From positions 62,001 through 126,000 of the forward strand of contig DHPR01000033.1 in assembly GCA_002410925.1 (NCBI GenBank): DNA of 64,000 bases. Reading direction: 5' to 3'. Positions 1-10,366 of the stretch are shown here, piece by piece (position 1 is the first letter of the stretch; every line of letters starts with the position of its first letter). Origin of the DNA: a bacterium UBP13_UBA5359 (GTDB lineage: Bacteria; UBP13; UBA5359). Below the pieces are notes generated by a model. That model ran no database searches. It had not been told where the DNA came from and saw only the letters and a program-made list of their open reading frames with translations. Both the position numbers and the translations under genes were made by a program.

Positions 1-345
1 CCTGAGCTTAAGGGTAAGTTCGACGGATTCTCTATGCGAGTGCCTACGCCTACCGTATCCGTTGTCGATCTTACGATGGAGCTGGCCAGACCTTCCGATG
101 CTGCTGCTCTGAATGCTGCTTTCGATGAAGCCGCCGCCGGCAAGCTGAAAGGCATACTCGGCATCAGCCATGAGCCGCTGGTATCCATTGATTACAAGGG
201 CAATCCGCTCTCTTCAGTAGTGGATGCTCTCTCCACTGTAGTTATGGGCGGAAACATGGCCAAAATTCTATCCTGGTATGATAATGAATGGGGTTACTCT
301 CATCGGCTGGTAGATTTGGCTCTCTACATGATAAAGAATAGTTGA
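1..345 (+). CDS. gap: Glyceraldehyde-3-phosphate dehydrogenase, C-terminal part (5' end outside window)
   Basis: Frame is open from base 1: PELKGKFDGFSMRVPTPTVSVVDL...SWYDNEWGYS; directly upstream of pgk. Confidence 0.97.
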   Translation, partial: PELKGKFDGFSMRVPTPTVSVVDLTMELARPSDAAALNAAFDEAAAGKLKGILGISHEPLVSIDYKGNPLSSVVDALSTVVMGGNMAKILSWYDNEWGYSHRLVDLALYMIKNS

Positions 346-356
346 GCAATTGATCT

Positions 357-391
357 GAAGGTGGCTTGCATGGCAAGCCACCTTCTTGATT
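357..391 (+). terminator. Stem-loop after gap (terminator or mRNA-stabilising hairpin)
   Basis: Perfect 13-bp inverted repeat GAAGGTGGCTTGC-ATG-GCAAGCCACCTTC followed by a weak T tract (TTGATT). Confidence 0.65.
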
Positions 392-530
392 AATCATATG
401 TCGTAAAAAGCTTTAAAGCCGACAACAGAAGGTGGCGCTCGGATGGAACGGCAGCTTTCAACTGAGAGGTATACCGGGCGTAAACTTTTAATGACCTTAG
501 ATTTGAAAGCCAAAAAAGGGGGTATGCCTC

Positions 531-1718
531 ATGAATAAAAAAACAATCAGAGATATAGATGTTGCCGGAAAACGAGTGCTTGTCAGAGTGGATTTCAATG
601 TGCCTCTGGATGAGAACCGTAAGATTACGGATGACAGACGTATAAAGGCTGCGCTTCCGACTATAAATTACCTCCTTGAGAAGGGCGGCCGGGTCATACT
701 TGTATCGCATCTCGGACGTCCCAGGGGACAGGTTGTTGATAAGCTTCGTCTCGATCCCGTTGCAGAACGGCTTAGCGAGTTGCTTGGACGCAGCGTTCTT
801 AAGCTTGATGACAGCATCGGCCCTGACGTAGAAGGCGCTGTTGCCGGTATGAAAGACGGCGATCTTATTTTACTGGAAAATATTCGCTTTTATTCTGAAG
901 AAGAAAAGAATGCTTCTGATTTTTCATGTAAGTTAGCGGCATTGGCCGATATTTATGTTAATGATGCCTTCGGCACCGCTCACAGAGCCCACGCTTCAAC
1001 CGAGGGAGTGGCGCATTATATCAAGCCTGCAGTGGCAGGCTTCCTGATGGAGAAAGAGCTTGATTATTTGGGGCGCTCTTTGGAGAACCCGGAGAGGCCA
1101 TTTGTGGCTGTGCTCGGCGGGGCTAAGGTGTCTGATAAGATACCTGTAATAGAGAACCTTCTTAACAAGGTGGACACGTTGCTCATCGGCGGCGGTATGG
1201 CCTATACCTTCCTTTACAGTCTTGGGCATCAGGTTGGACGCTCCCTGCTGGAAGCAGATAAGGTTGAGATGGCTGCAGAACTGCTGCGCAAGGCAAAAGA
1301 GAAAAAAGTAGTCCTGCTGTTGCCGGTGGATGTGGTGATCACATCTGAGCTGACAGAGGATGCCGAGACTCATGTGGTGGATATCGATAAGATTCCCGAA
1401 GATATGATGGCTGCCGATATCGGACAGGAAACCGTACGGATGTTCGGTGATATGATCCGTACCGCGCGAACCGTGATCTGGAACGGCCCTATGGGTGTTT
1501 TTGAAATGAAGCCCTTTGCCGAAGGCACCAGAAAGATCGCCGAGGCTATGGCTGAGTGCAAGGGCACGACAATAATCGGCGGAGGAGATTCCGCGGCGGC
1601 TGTGGAGCAGATGGGATATGCCGAGCAGATGAGCCATATATCCACCGGCGGCGGCGCATCGCTGGAATTCCTTGAGGGAAAGGAACTGCCCGGTGTCGCT
1701 GTTCTGGATGATAAATGA
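531..1718 (+). CDS. pgk: Phosphoglycerate kinase
   Basis: [47 protein letters not shown] motifs. Confidence 0.99.
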   Translation: MNKKTIRDIDVAGKRVLVRVDFNVPLDENRKITDDRRIKAALPTINYLLEKGGRVILVSHLGRPRGQVVDKLRLDPVAERLSELLGRSVLKLDDSIGPDVEGAVAGMKDGDLILLENIRFYSEEEKNASDFSCKLAALADIYVNDAFGTAHRAHASTEGVAHYIKPAVAGFLMEKELDYLGRSLENPERPFVAVLGGAKVSDKIPVIENLLNKVDTLLIGGGMAYTFLYSLGHQVGRSLLEADKVEMAAELLRKAKEKKVVLLLPVDVVITSELTEDAETHVVDIDKIPEDMMAADIGQETVRMFGDMIRTARTVIWNGPMGVFEMKPFAEGTRKIAEAMAECKGTTIIGGGDSAAAVEQMGYAEQMSHISTGGGASLEFLEGKELPGVAVLDDK

Positions 1719-1822
1719 TCCAAATATAGGAACCGGAAGGCATGAGCCTCTTTTGTTCAGGCTTTTATGCAAATTCCGATTTTTTATATTCTAAATGTTA
1801 AATCAACGAGGAGTGTAAGAGA

Positions 1823-2578
1823 ATGCGTAAACCTATTATTGCCGGAAACTGGAAATTGAACAAGCTGGTTAACGGTGCTATGGAGCTTATAGATGACCTG
1901 AAGCCTCGGATATCCGGGGCAGAGAATGTTGAAGTGGTTGTTTGTCCTCCCTTTACGGCCTTGTATGCCGTTAATATGAGCGTTGGAGACAGCAACATAA
2001 TGCTGGGGGCACAGGACTGCTATTGGCAGGATAGCGGAGCCTTCACCGGTGAGGTCTCCGTACCTATGCTTCAGGATATCGGGTGCAAATATGTTATAAT
2101 CGGTCATTCCGAAAGGCGCCAGTACTTTGGCGAAACCGATGAGACGGTCAACAAGAAGATAAAGGCTGTATTGCAAAAGGGCTTGAATCCGATTATGTGT
2201 GTTGGGGAGAGCTCTGAACAACGTAAGTCCGGCATCACGGATGATGTTATTGTCAGTCAAGTGAAAAAGGGCATGGAGGGGCTGAATGCTCAGGATGCAG
2301 TGGCTGTTGTTATAGCCTATGAACCCATATGGGCTATTGGAACCGGTGAAACATGCGATGCTGGCGAGGCTGACCGTATCTGCGGTTTGATCCGCTCTAC
2401 CGTGGCTGCTCGCTTCGGTCAGGCCACAGCGGATGCTATACGTATTCAATACGGCGGCAGTGTGACCCCGGATACTGCGGACGATCTCATGTCCAGGAGC
2501 AATATTGACGGTGCATTGGTGGGTGGCGCCAGCCTGGTAGCTGAAAAGTTTGCCAGGATCGTCAATTTTAAAAGGTAG
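1823..2578 (+). CDS. tpiA: Triosephosphate isomerase
   Basis: AGNWK, IGHSERR, AYEPIWAIGTG, YGGSV, LVGGASL motifs. Confidence 0.99.
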   Translation: MRKPIIAGNWKLNKLVNGAMELIDDLKPRISGAENVEVVVCPPFTALYAVNMSVGDSNIMLGAQDCYWQDSGAFTGEVSVPMLQDIGCKYVIIGHSERRQYFGETDETVNKKIKAVLQKGLNPIMCVGESSEQRKSGITDDVIVSQVKKGMEGLNAQDAVAVVIAYEPIWAIGTGETCDAGEADRICGLIRSTVAARFGQATADAIRIQYGGSVTPDTADDLMSRSNIDGALVGGASLVAEKFARIVNFKR

Positions 2579-2674
2579 GACAGATACACTCACCGCAGCA
2601 ACATTACTGTGGAGAGTGATATCTCGCTGAAGTCAGATACGAAGAAAGATGAAGTAATATATCAGAGGGCTTGC

Positions 2675-4264
2675 ATGGAACTCCTGAAACCGACAACCGA
2701 TAACCGGCAACCGGCAATCACGGTAGAAGGCCGCAATTTCAAAAAAGTGGTCCTGATGATTTTGGACGGCTGGGGCATATCTAACAATAAGAATGGCAAT
2801 GCCATTGCTTTGGCCTCCAAGCCCAATATGGATGCGCTTATGAAGCAGTATCCTGTAGCCAGGCTGCAATGCTCCGGCGAAGCGGTAGGCCTTCCGGAAG
2901 GCCAGATGGGTAATTCTGAAGTGGGGCACCTCAATATCGGCGCCGGCAGGGTGGTATACCAGGACTTTGCAAGGATAGACAAGAGTATACGGGATGGAGA
3001 CTTTTTCGATAATCCGCAACTCTTATCGGCTATCGATCATGCTCTGGCTGCCGATGGTGCTCTGCACCTGGTCGGATTGCTCTCTGATGGTGGTGTGCAT
3101 AGCCATATCAGGCATATCTATGCTCTATTAAAGATGGCCAAAGAGAAGGGCCTCAATAGGGTTTTTGTGCATGCTTTACTGGACGGGCGTGACGTGCCTC
3201 CAGTCAGCGCCATACAATATATAGATCAATTGGAGCAGAAGATGGCTGCGCTGGGCGTGGGACATATTGCCACCGTCATGGGGCGTTACTATGCTATGGA
3301 TAGGGATAAACGCTGGGAGCGAGTATCAAGGGCATATAACGCCATGGTTAAGGGTGAGGGTTTGACTGCTGACAGCGCACAGAGCGCTGTTGAGAGATCC
3401 TATGAACACGGCGAAACGGATGAGTTTGTTCAGCCCACTGTAATCCTTGATAAGGACGGCCGCTTTACAGGCATGATATCCGCTAATGACAGCATGATAT
3501 TCTTCAATTTTCGGCCGGATAGAGCTCGTGAGATCAGCCATGCCTTTGTAGATAAGGATTTCGCTTGCTTTGACCGGCAATACATCAAGAATATTTGCTA
3601 TATTTGCATGACCCAATATGATGAAACCATTGCTGCTCCCGTAGCCTTTCCGCCGCAAGACGTGAACAATACTCTGGCAGAGTATCTCAGCCGTAAGGGT
3701 TTCAGACAACTGCATATTGCTGAGACGGAGAAGTATGCCCACGTTACCTTCTTTTTTAACGGTGGTATTGAAGAGCCTTATCCGGGTGAAGAGAGGGTTC
3801 TTATACCTTCACCTAAAGTTGCCACCTATGATCTCAAGCCGGAAATGAGCGCCTACGAGATCACGGATATGCTGGTAAGCCTTCTGGATGAGCGTAAATA
3901 TGATTTTGTAGTTCTCAATTTTGCTAATCCTGATATGGTGGGCCATACCGGCATTTTGGAGGCAGCCGTAAAAGCCGTTGAGGCTGTGGATGATTGCATT
4001 GGCCGAGTGGTAAAGTCTGCTTTTGGCAATGGCTATATTCCCATCATCACTGCTGACCATGGCAACGCTGAAAAGATGCTGGATAAGGAGAGCAGTCAGC
4101 CATTTACGGCTCATACTACGTATGAGGTACCCTTCATAATCATTGATGACGAATGCAAATCTTTGCGTCCGGAAGGGATACTGGCAGATATCGCCCCGAC
4201 AATTCTTGACCTTATGGGCCTGCCTGTGCCGCCGGAGATGACCGGCAAATCGATGATCGAGTGA
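2675..4264 (+). CDS. gpmI: 2,3-bisphosphoglycerate-independent phosphoglycerate mutase
   Basis: [49 protein letters not shown]; start placed at ATG 2675 behind AGAGGG (ORF is open from GTG 2609). Confidence 0.97.
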   Translation: MELLKPTTDNRQPAITVEGRNFKKVVLMILDGWGISNNKNGNAIALASKPNMDALMKQYPVARLQCSGEAVGLPEGQMGNSEVGHLNIGAGRVVYQDFARIDKSIRDGDFFDNPQLLSAIDHALAADGALHLVGLLSDGGVHSHIRHIYALLKMAKEKGLNRVFVHALLDGRDVPPVSAIQYIDQLEQKMAALGVGHIATVMGRYYAMDRDKRWERVSRAYNAMVKGEGLTADSAQSAVERSYEHGETDEFVQPTVILDKDGRFTGMISANDSMIFFNFRPDRAREISHAFVDKDFACFDRQYIKNICYICMTQYDETIAAPVAFPPQDVNNTLAEYLSRKGFRQLHIAETEKYAHVTFFFNGGIEEPYPGEERVLIPSPKVATYDLKPEMSAYEITDMLVSLLDERKYDFVVLNFANPDMVGHTGILEAAVKAVEAVDDCIGRVVKSAFGNGYIPIITADHGNAEKMLDKESSQPFTAHTTYEVPFIIIDDECKSLRPEGILADIAPTILDLMGLPVPPEMTGKSMIE

Positions 4265-4458
4265 TCCTTTCCAGCATTGCTTTTTCGCTCATTCCTCGGA
4301 TCTTATCCAACACGGGGGCAGGCAAAGCAATCGGTGTGTTTTTTGATGCCGATGAAATATATTCTTGTTTGGCTGATATAGCTGAATAAGGAGGGTAAGA
4401 TGCGCTGGTATGCTACAAAAAAGATAGCTCGTAGGTGGAGAAATATTCCCGTTCTGTC

Positions 4459-4487
4459 TTGTCACAAAATGATAAATATGGTATTAT
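4459..4487 (+). promoter_or_regulatory. Sigma70-type promoter for tRNA-Ser
   Basis: TTGTCA-17 bp-TATTAT with a TG extended -10, 15 bp upstream of the tRNA. Confidence 0.65.
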
Positions 4488-4502
4488 GTCGCTACGGTTT
4501 TG

Positions 4503-4598
4503 GGAGAGATGGCCGAGCTGGCTGAAGGCGACCGCCTGCTAAGCGGTTATAGCGTCTAATGGGCGCTATCGAGGGTTCAAATCCCTCTCTCTCCGCCA
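4503..4598 (+). tRNA. tRNA-Ser (anticodon GCT)
   Basis: Acceptor GGAGAGA/TCTCTCC, discriminator G, encoded CCA; anticodon arm ACCGC-CT-GCT-AA-GCGGT; long variable arm; T arm GAGGG-TTCAAAT-CCCTC. Confidence 0.97.
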
Positions 4599-4609
4599 AC
4601 AATATCTAT

Positions 4610-4650
4610 AACCCGTTTCTTGAAAGTTGCACAGGAAGCGGGTTTTATTT
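4610..4650 (+). terminator. Intrinsic terminator after tRNA-Ser
   Basis: AACCCGTTTCTTG/CAGGAAGCGGGTT stem (G-U pairs allowed) followed by TTATTT. Confidence 0.75.
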
Positions 4651-4713
4651 TAGAAGGTTAGCAATACATATATCTTTGAACTACAATAAAAATGGAGAAT
4701 AGGAGGAGATCTC

Positions 4714-5718
4714 ATGAGCAACAAGCGGTCACTAATCCTGATTCTGGACATGCTGGCGGGGCACTGGGCAGAAGGTTCGGAGAGCCCAGTAACCGGGCTT
4801 CCATACCCAAATGTGAAGGGGTATGAAAAAGCCGGTCTGCTTCCCAACTTTGGGGAGTGCATCAAGAACGGCATCTATGCAAACGTGTGGAACATGGGCA
4901 ATTGCAATACGCCCTACGGCCAGAAATATCTCGCCTCCGGTACATATCAGACGGAATCTGCCCCCGGGATAGACCCATACTGGAGCATGGTCCGCGGCCA
5001 GGATAAAGAGACCATCCTGCAGGCGTGCAAGCGCACCTACCCGGGTGGCAAGGTGGCAAGCTTCGGTTCGGACGCATGGATGCAGACCGGCTGGTGGAAG
5101 GGCGCCGAATGCACAATGGGCTGGGGATCTTATTACTCAGACTTTTTAACAAGCCAGAATGCCTTCCACTGGATGATGAGCAACCCGGATTGGAGTATGG
5201 CGCTTCTCTACTTAGCTCAATACGATATGACCGGCAACTGCCCCGTATACGCAGAAGGCGCCGCATACACAGAAGACAAGCATCACTCCCTGCTGCAGCT
5301 GGACAGATTGCTGTGGATGGTAAAGACCTTCCTTAAAGAGCAGGGCTGGTGGGAAGACACATGGCTCTTCATAGGCTCGGACCACGGCTGTCATGCAGGA
5401 TGCAACATAGCGGTGCAAGAAGGCAGGGAGCGCGGAGTGGCAGAGGCCGACCTTTCCAATTACTGTAGCAACCACCAGGCACCCTATGATTGTCACATCT
5501 GGGATTTTGCGAAGAACCGGGCTACGGATAAGCGCAGTGACTGCTGCCGCAGGACCACCTTCATAATAACCGGAGGAGCCCTTTCAAGAGAGCATTACGG
5601 CAGAGTTATTGATAAAGCGGAGATAATAGACTTTGCTCCAACAGTGGCAGAGGCCATGAAGATAGATTTTGCAGCGGATGGCAAGAGCATATTAACATCC
5701 GGCCCAGAAAAGTTTTAA
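4714..5718 (+). CDS. Alkaline-phosphatase-superfamily (NPP/metalloenzyme-like) protein, Cys-rich
   Basis: SD AGGAGG; N-terminal ILILD strand, T-P nucleophile-like segment (NTPYGQKYLASG), GSDHG, C-terminal IIDFAPTVA. Confidence 0.7.
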   Translation: MSNKRSLILILDMLAGHWAEGSESPVTGLPYPNVKGYEKAGLLPNFGECIKNGIYANVWNMGNCNTPYGQKYLASGTYQTESAPGIDPYWSMVRGQDKETILQACKRTYPGGKVASFGSDAWMQTGWWKGAECTMGWGSYYSDFLTSQNAFHWMMSNPDWSMALLYLAQYDMTGNCPVYAEGAAYTEDKHHSLLQLDRLLWMVKTFLKEQGWWEDTWLFIGSDHGCHAGCNIAVQEGRERGVAEADLSNYCSNHQAPYDCHIWDFAKNRATDKRSDCCRRTTFIITGGALSREHYGRVIDKAEIIDFAPTVAEAMKIDFAADGKSILTSGPEKF

Positions 5719-5837
5719 GGCCTTACACAGTGGACGGAGCTGCTCGGAAGGGTATGGATTGGGATGAAGCAATAGTATTTGGGTATAATATGGTCTATAA
5801 TGGCTCAGAGCTGAAGCGTAGATATGGAAGGTGCTTG

Positions 5838-8759
5838 ATGGACAGGTTACACGGTTTTAATTTATTAATGGATAAGGAAATATCGGAGATAGAGGCAACG
5901 GCCCGCTTGTATCGGCATGCGGCGACCGGGGCTCAGTTGCTATCCATCGAATGCGACGAGGAGAATAAGGTCTTCGGCATAACCTTCAGGACACCGCCGC
6001 CTAACTCCGCCGGGGTACCTCATATAATGGAGCACTCCGTGCTTTGCGGGTCAAAAAAATATAGGACAAAGGATCCCTTTGCGGTTCTGCTTAAAGGCTC
6101 GCTGCAGACATTTCTTAATGCCTTCACCTTTCCGGATAAGACCTGTTATCCGGTAGCCAGCCAAAATTATGCTGATTTAAGGAATCTTATCGATGTTTAT
6201 ATGGATGCGGTCTTTCATCCATTATTGACGCCGCAAATCTTCCAGCAGGAGGGATGGCACTATGAACTGAATAACATTGAAGATCCCTTGGCGATAAAGG
6301 GCGTTGTCTATAATGAGATGAAAGGTTATTATTCGTCGCCGGACAGTATCCTGGGCGATTATTCTCAATTCTCTCTCTTCCCCGAAAATGAATACAGATT
6401 TGAGCCTGGGGGCGACCCTGCGGCTATTCCACATCTAACTTATGAGCAGTTTATGAGCTTTCATCGGAGATATTATCACCCTGGAAATTCATTTATCTAT
6501 TTTTATGGCGACGATGATCCTGAAGAACGCTTGAAGCTGATGAACGATTATTTTAAAGAATATGGACCTTTGGAAAGAACCTTCGAGATAGGCCTGCAGC
6601 CGCTGCTGGACAAGCCGGAGAGAATTGAGCGGGTCTATGCGGGAGGGAGTGAAGATTCTCCCGGTCGCGGCAGTATGATGACCATGAACTGGCTCTTGCC
6701 GGAAACGGCTGATGCCGCCACGAACATCGCCTTACGAATGCTGGAATATATACTCGTAGGCATGCCGGCTTCGCCTCTCAGGAAGGCATTGATTGATTCG
6801 GGATTGGGAGAGGATATAGCAGGAACCGGGCTTGAAGCAGAGATACGGCAGATGTTCTTCTCCACCGGTTTAAAGGGAATGAACCCGGATAACGCGGACG
6901 GGGTGGAAGAGCTTATCAAGAATACGCTGGCCTCGCTGGTGGAGAAGGGAATAGAGCCTGCTACCATTGAAGCGGCAGTGAATACCGTTGAGTTTCGCTT
7001 CAGAGAGAATAACAGCGGCGTTAGATTTCCTCGCGGCCTGGGCCTGATGCTGCGTTCCCTGACTACCTGGCTTTATGGCGGAGACCCGACGGCATTGCTG
7101 GCTTTTGAAGGACCGCTTGCGACCGTCAAAGCTGCAATCGAGAAGGAGAGCCGTTATTTTGAAAGGCTTATAGAACGATATTTTATTAATAACCGTCACC
7201 GTACCACATTGCTGCTGCGCCCGGACCCCGGTTTAGCCCGCAGAGAAGAGGAAGCGGAAGCCGCCAGATTGGCACAAATAAAATCCGAGATGACCCATGA
7301 AAGGCTGAAGGAGATTATTCGGGCAACTGAGAGCCTTCGGCAGATGCAGGAGGCGCCTGATGATCCGGTGGCTGTTGCGGCCATTCCCCGAGTGCATTTG
7401 CATGATGTGGATAGAAAAACAAAAGATATTCCGACAGAAATTATGGAGCTGGCAGGATGCAGGGTTCTTTACCATAATATTCCAACGGCAAATATTGCCT
7501 ATTTGGATCTTTGTTTTGATTTGCATACATTGCCTGCGCATCTGCTTCCATATGTGCCGCTTTTCGGGCGTGCTTTAACGGAGATGGGAACGGATACGGA
7601 AGATTTTGTCTCCTTATCACAACGCATAAACAGTAAAACCGGCGGGATTGCTTCTCACACCTTCACTTCTGCTGTGATGAATGAAAAGAGCGGTGCCGTA
7701 TGGCTCGTTTTACGCTCCAAGGCTATGTTGGATAATGGAAGGGAACTGATCTCCATTCTCTCAAATATCATCGCCGGACTCTCTCTGGATAACAGGGAAC
7801 GTTTCAGGCAGATGGTGATGGATGAAAAGGCAAGGAGAGAAGCGTTATTGGTGCCTGCGGGGCATGAAGTGGTGCATCTTCGTCTGGCAGCCGCTTATGA
7901 TGAGTCTGCCTGGGCGGCAGAGCAGATGTCGGGCATTTCCAGTATCTTCTTCCTGCGCCGGCTTCTGAATGCCGTTGATACTTCCTGGGAAGATGTCCTG
8001 GCTGATTTAACAGAGATCAAAGACAGGCTTTTCAGACAGGGGGCGATAATATGCAATGTTACTATGTCCGGACAGGGATGGGATGGATTCGAACCCATCC
8101 TTGAAGATTTCCTTGCAGGCATAGCCTCTAAAGGCGTAAGGCACATGGAATGGAAACGACCTGAATTGGGAAATAATGAGGGCTTGATTATCCCTTCTCA
8201 GGTAAATTATGTCGGTAAGGCAGCTTCGCTTTACCAGCTGGGCTATGCGCTGGATGGCTCCATCGATGTCATAAGGAAGTATCTCCGCACCGCATGGCTG
8301 TGGGACAGGGTGAGATTGCTGGGCGGTGCATATGGGTGCTTTGCCTTTTTCAATATACCTTCGGGGGTTCTTTCTCTGATATCGTATCGTGATCCTAACC
8401 TTATGCAAACGCTTCAGGTATATGATGAAACAGCGGCGCATCTGCGCACTATCATGATGAGTAAGGATGATTTGGAGAGAACCATTATCGGAGCTATCGG
8501 TGAAAGAGATGCCTATCGCCTGCCTGATGCACGCGGCTATGAGGCCCTGCTCTATTTTCTCACAGGAAGGGATATTCAATTCAGACAGCGATTAAGGGAA
8601 GAGACGATGGCGACTACTCTGGATGATTTGCGCTCTTTCGGAAATGTCATGTCTGCTATGAAAGAGAGCGGCAGAATAACCGTTCTTGGATCAGAGGATG
8701 CTATCGGTGATGTTATCCGGGAGCATCCCGGAATGCTTGAGCCGATAAAAGTACTTTAG
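5838..8759 (+). CDS. M16C insulinase-family zinc metallopeptidase (presequence-protease-like)
   Basis: Inverted zinc motif HIMEHSVLCGS, FLNAFTFPDKTCYP, GVVYNEMKG, GGAYG, SYRDPN; start placed at ATG 5838 (ORF open from 5730). Confidence 0.92.
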   Translation: MDRLHGFNLLMDKEISEIEATARLYRHAATGAQLLSIECDEENKVFGITFRTPPPNSAGVPHIMEHSVLCGSKKYRTKDPFAVLLKGSLQTFLNAFTFPDKTCYPVASQNYADLRNLIDVYMDAVFHPLLTPQIFQQEGWHYELNNIEDPLAIKGVVYNEMKGYYSSPDSILGDYSQFSLFPENEYRFEPGGDPAAIPHLTYEQFMSFHRRYYHPGNSFIYFYGDDDPEERLKLMNDYFKEYGPLERTFEIGLQPLLDKPERIERVYAGGSEDSPGRGSMMTMNWLLPETADAATNIALRMLEYILVGMPASPLRKALIDSGLGEDIAGTGLEAEIRQMFFSTGLKGMNPDNADGVEELIKNTLASLVEKGIEPATIEAAVNTVEFRFRENNSGVRFPRGLGLMLRSLTTWLYGGDPTALLAFEGPLATVKAAIEKESRYFERLIERYFINNRHRTTLLLRPDPGLARREEEAEAARLAQIKSEMTHERLKEIIRATESLRQMQEAPDDPVAVAAIPRVHLHDVDRKTKDIPTEIMELAGCRVLYHNIPTANIAYLDLCFDLHTLPAHLLPYVPLFGRALTEMGTDTEDFVSLSQRINSKTGGIASHTFTSAVMNEKSGAVWLVLRSKAMLDNGRELISILSNIIAGLSLDNRERFRQMVMDEKARREALLVPAGHEVVHLRLAAAYDESAWAAEQMSGISSIFFLRRLLNAVDTSWEDVLADLTEIKDRLFRQGAIICNVTMSGQGWDGFEPILEDFLAGIASKGVRHMEWKRPELGNNEGLIIPSQVNYVGKAASLYQLGYALDGSIDVIRKYLRTAWLWDRVRLLGGAYGCFAFFNIPSGVLSLISYRDPNLMQTLQVYDETAAHLRTIMMSKDDLERTIIGAIGERDAYRLPDARGYEALLYFLTGRDIQFRQRLREETMATTLDDLRSFGNVMSAMKESGRITVLGSEDAIGDVIREHPGMLEPIKVL

Positions 8760-9463
8760 CGTGTGGTATAAGCTCCCATTATAATGCCTATAAGGCCGGG
8801 ATCATTCACAATGATATCGTTGCATCTGGGGTTAGCGGCTCGGAGTATGATGTCGAGGTTGTAACGATAATATATTCTGACCAATAGATTGTCGTTAACG
8901 GAAGCCAGGATGCGTTGTCCATTTTCAGCGCTTTCTGCTTTTTTGACAAGAAGAATATCATTCTCAAAGTATATAGGCTCCATGCAATTGCTGGCTATTC
9001 TAAAGGCAAAATCCACATCGATACCCGAGGGAACGGGCATTAAATCTGCTGAGGCAGCTAAGGCCTTCTCCAAATTCTTTGCGGGAACAGCGCTGATTAC
9101 CGGCACGGATCTGATAGATATCGCCTGCGAGTCCTTTGAGGCCGAACCAGGTGCACCTTTCTGTTCTATCTGCTCAAGAAGTCTTTTCGCCTCTCTGAGC
9201 AGGCGGTTCTTTTCATGCTCCAGGAAGGATTTCTCATCATAGGGTTCTTCCGTAAGAAAATAACCGATAGGTCTGGCAAGGATCTTGGAAACCTTTTCCA
9301 GGTCTTCAATCGATATCTTGCGTTTGCCTTTTTCATATAGATTAACGGCTGTGGGTGAGTAGCCCAGCTTTTCGGCCAACACGGTTTGCTCCATGCCTCT
9401 TGCAAGGCGTGCTTCACGTATCTTTTTGCCGATAAGCCGGTATTTGTTCATCAGTTCCTCCAT
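8756..9463 (-). CDS. XRE/CI-type HTH repressor with C-terminal S24-like domain (catalytic residues apparently altered)
   Basis: N-terminal IGKKIREARLARGMEQTVLAEKLGYSPTAVNLYEKGKRKIS HTH_3; C-terminal VPVIS..FAFRI..MEP..ENDILLV..ENGQ..LRAANP matches the LexA/CI peptidase fold. Confidence 0.9.
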   Translation of the reverse strand: MEELMNKYRLIGKKIREARLARGMEQTVLAEKLGYSPTAVNLYEKGKRKISIEDLEKVSKILARPIGYFLTEEPYDEKSFLEHEKNRLLREAKRLLEQIEQKGAPGSASKDSQAISIRSVPVISAVPAKNLEKALAASADLMPVPSGIDVDFAFRIASNCMEPIYFENDILLVKKAESAENGQRILASVNDNLLVRIYYRYNLDIILRAANPRCNDIIVNDPGLIGIIMGAYTTR

Positions 9464-9555
9464 AACTCTGCTGCCGACAGTTAAACGGAAGCGGTGAGCA
9501 TTCCTCCCAATATATAGATATTATCATGAAAGAGAACGGCAGAAGCGTAAAAGCA

Positions 9556-9584
9556 TTGACGCTATGTGAACATTATGATAAAAT
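9556..9584 (+). promoter_or_regulatory. Strong sigma70-type promoter divergent from the XRE repressor
   Basis: TTGACG-17 bp-TAAAAT with TG extended -10; near-palindrome ATGTGAACAT in the spacer. Confidence 0.75.
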
Positions 9585-9664
9585 ATCGTGGTCACTATGA
9601 TAACCATGCAGCATAATATGTGCCGTATCTATTGCTCTGCATATGGTAAGAGGAAGCAGTTATA

Positions 9665-9940
9665 ATGTGCACGATTGATAATGATGAATGCAAGCATGCA
9701 ATAAGAATGTCTTTTTATCGTTTGAGTGCGGCTGGGGATGCACTGACGAGCGAACAGGTATATAATGCTTTGGCAGAGGTAGTATGTATGTTCCATATGA
9801 ATGCCTGCTGTGCATCGGATTGGCGGAAGATAAGCAGGATGGTTATGAAGTCAGCCAGAGCGGTGCTTGAAGAGAAACATCCATATCTAATGGTTATCAG
9901 AAATGCTATGAAAAATGGCATCGGTCCTCACGATGTTTAG
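9665..9940 (+). CDS. Hypothetical 91-aa Cys/His/Met-rich protein
   Basis: SD-like AAGAGGAAG before ATG; lies downstream of a clear promoter; no family recognised. Confidence 0.55.
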   Translation: MCTIDNDECKHAIRMSFYRLSAAGDALTSEQVYNALAEVVCMFHMNACCASDWRKISRMVMKSARAVLEEKHPYLMVIRNAMKNGIGPHDV

Positions 9941-9995
9941 CCTCGATTGATCCGGGTAATAAAACATAAATATGTCTTAAAAAGGAGGTGGGAGT

Positions 9996-10343
9996 ATGTA
10001 CTGGCAGAACTGGCTGAATGCTGTACTGGGAATATGGCTGATCCTGTCGCCCTTCATACTCGGATATGCCGATCTTTCATCTGCCGCCTGGAACGGTATT
10101 ATCGTCGGTATTGTGCTGGCTGTGGTCGCGGGCTGGGTTGCCTCTGCACGGGTAGCTTCCTCTGCGCCTAAATGGTTCTGCTTTATACTCGGCGTTTGGT
10201 TGATTTTTTCGCCATTTATTCTGGGATTCAGCAGTCGTCCCGTTCCTTACTGGAATAACCTGCTTATAGGTATCGCGGTGGCTCTTCTTGCAGCCTGGAC
10301 GGCATCCATGAGCCCTGCTGAGGCGCCCGTAGCAAGGGGATAA
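9996..10343 (+). CDS. SPW-repeat membrane protein
   Basis: SD AGGAGG; two repeats of W..LG.WL..SPFILG[YF]..WN..G. Confidence 0.88.
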   Translation: MYWQNWLNAVLGIWLILSPFILGYADLSSAAWNGIIVGIVLAVVAGWVASARVASSAPKWFCFILGVWLIFSPFILGFSSRPVPYWNNLLIGIAVALLAAWTASMSPAEAPVARG

Positions 10344-10366
10344 ATTCTTATGAGGCGCCGGTAACG

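Noticed and set aside
1736..1785. Imperfect stem-loop with T tract between pgk and tpiA
   Set aside because: Bulged and ordinary for intra-operon attenuation; not enough support to call a distinct element
996..2593. Long - strand ORFs (996-1772, 1784-2593) and similar antisense ORFs throughout the window
   Set aside because: They shadow well-conserved + strand genes and carry no recognisable motifs
4400..4525. 41-codon ORF (MRWYATKK...) behind a strong SD AAGGAGG
   Set aside because: It runs through the tRNA-Ser promoter and into the tRNA, and resembles no protein I recognise; at most a remnant
9947..10171. 74-aa Cys-rich alternative-frame ORF
   Set aside because: It overlaps the SPW gene, which has the SD and a clear family signature
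10319..10365. Short direct repeat TGAGGCGCC flanking the SPW stop codon
   Set aside because: A 9-bp match with no associated element; compatible with chance
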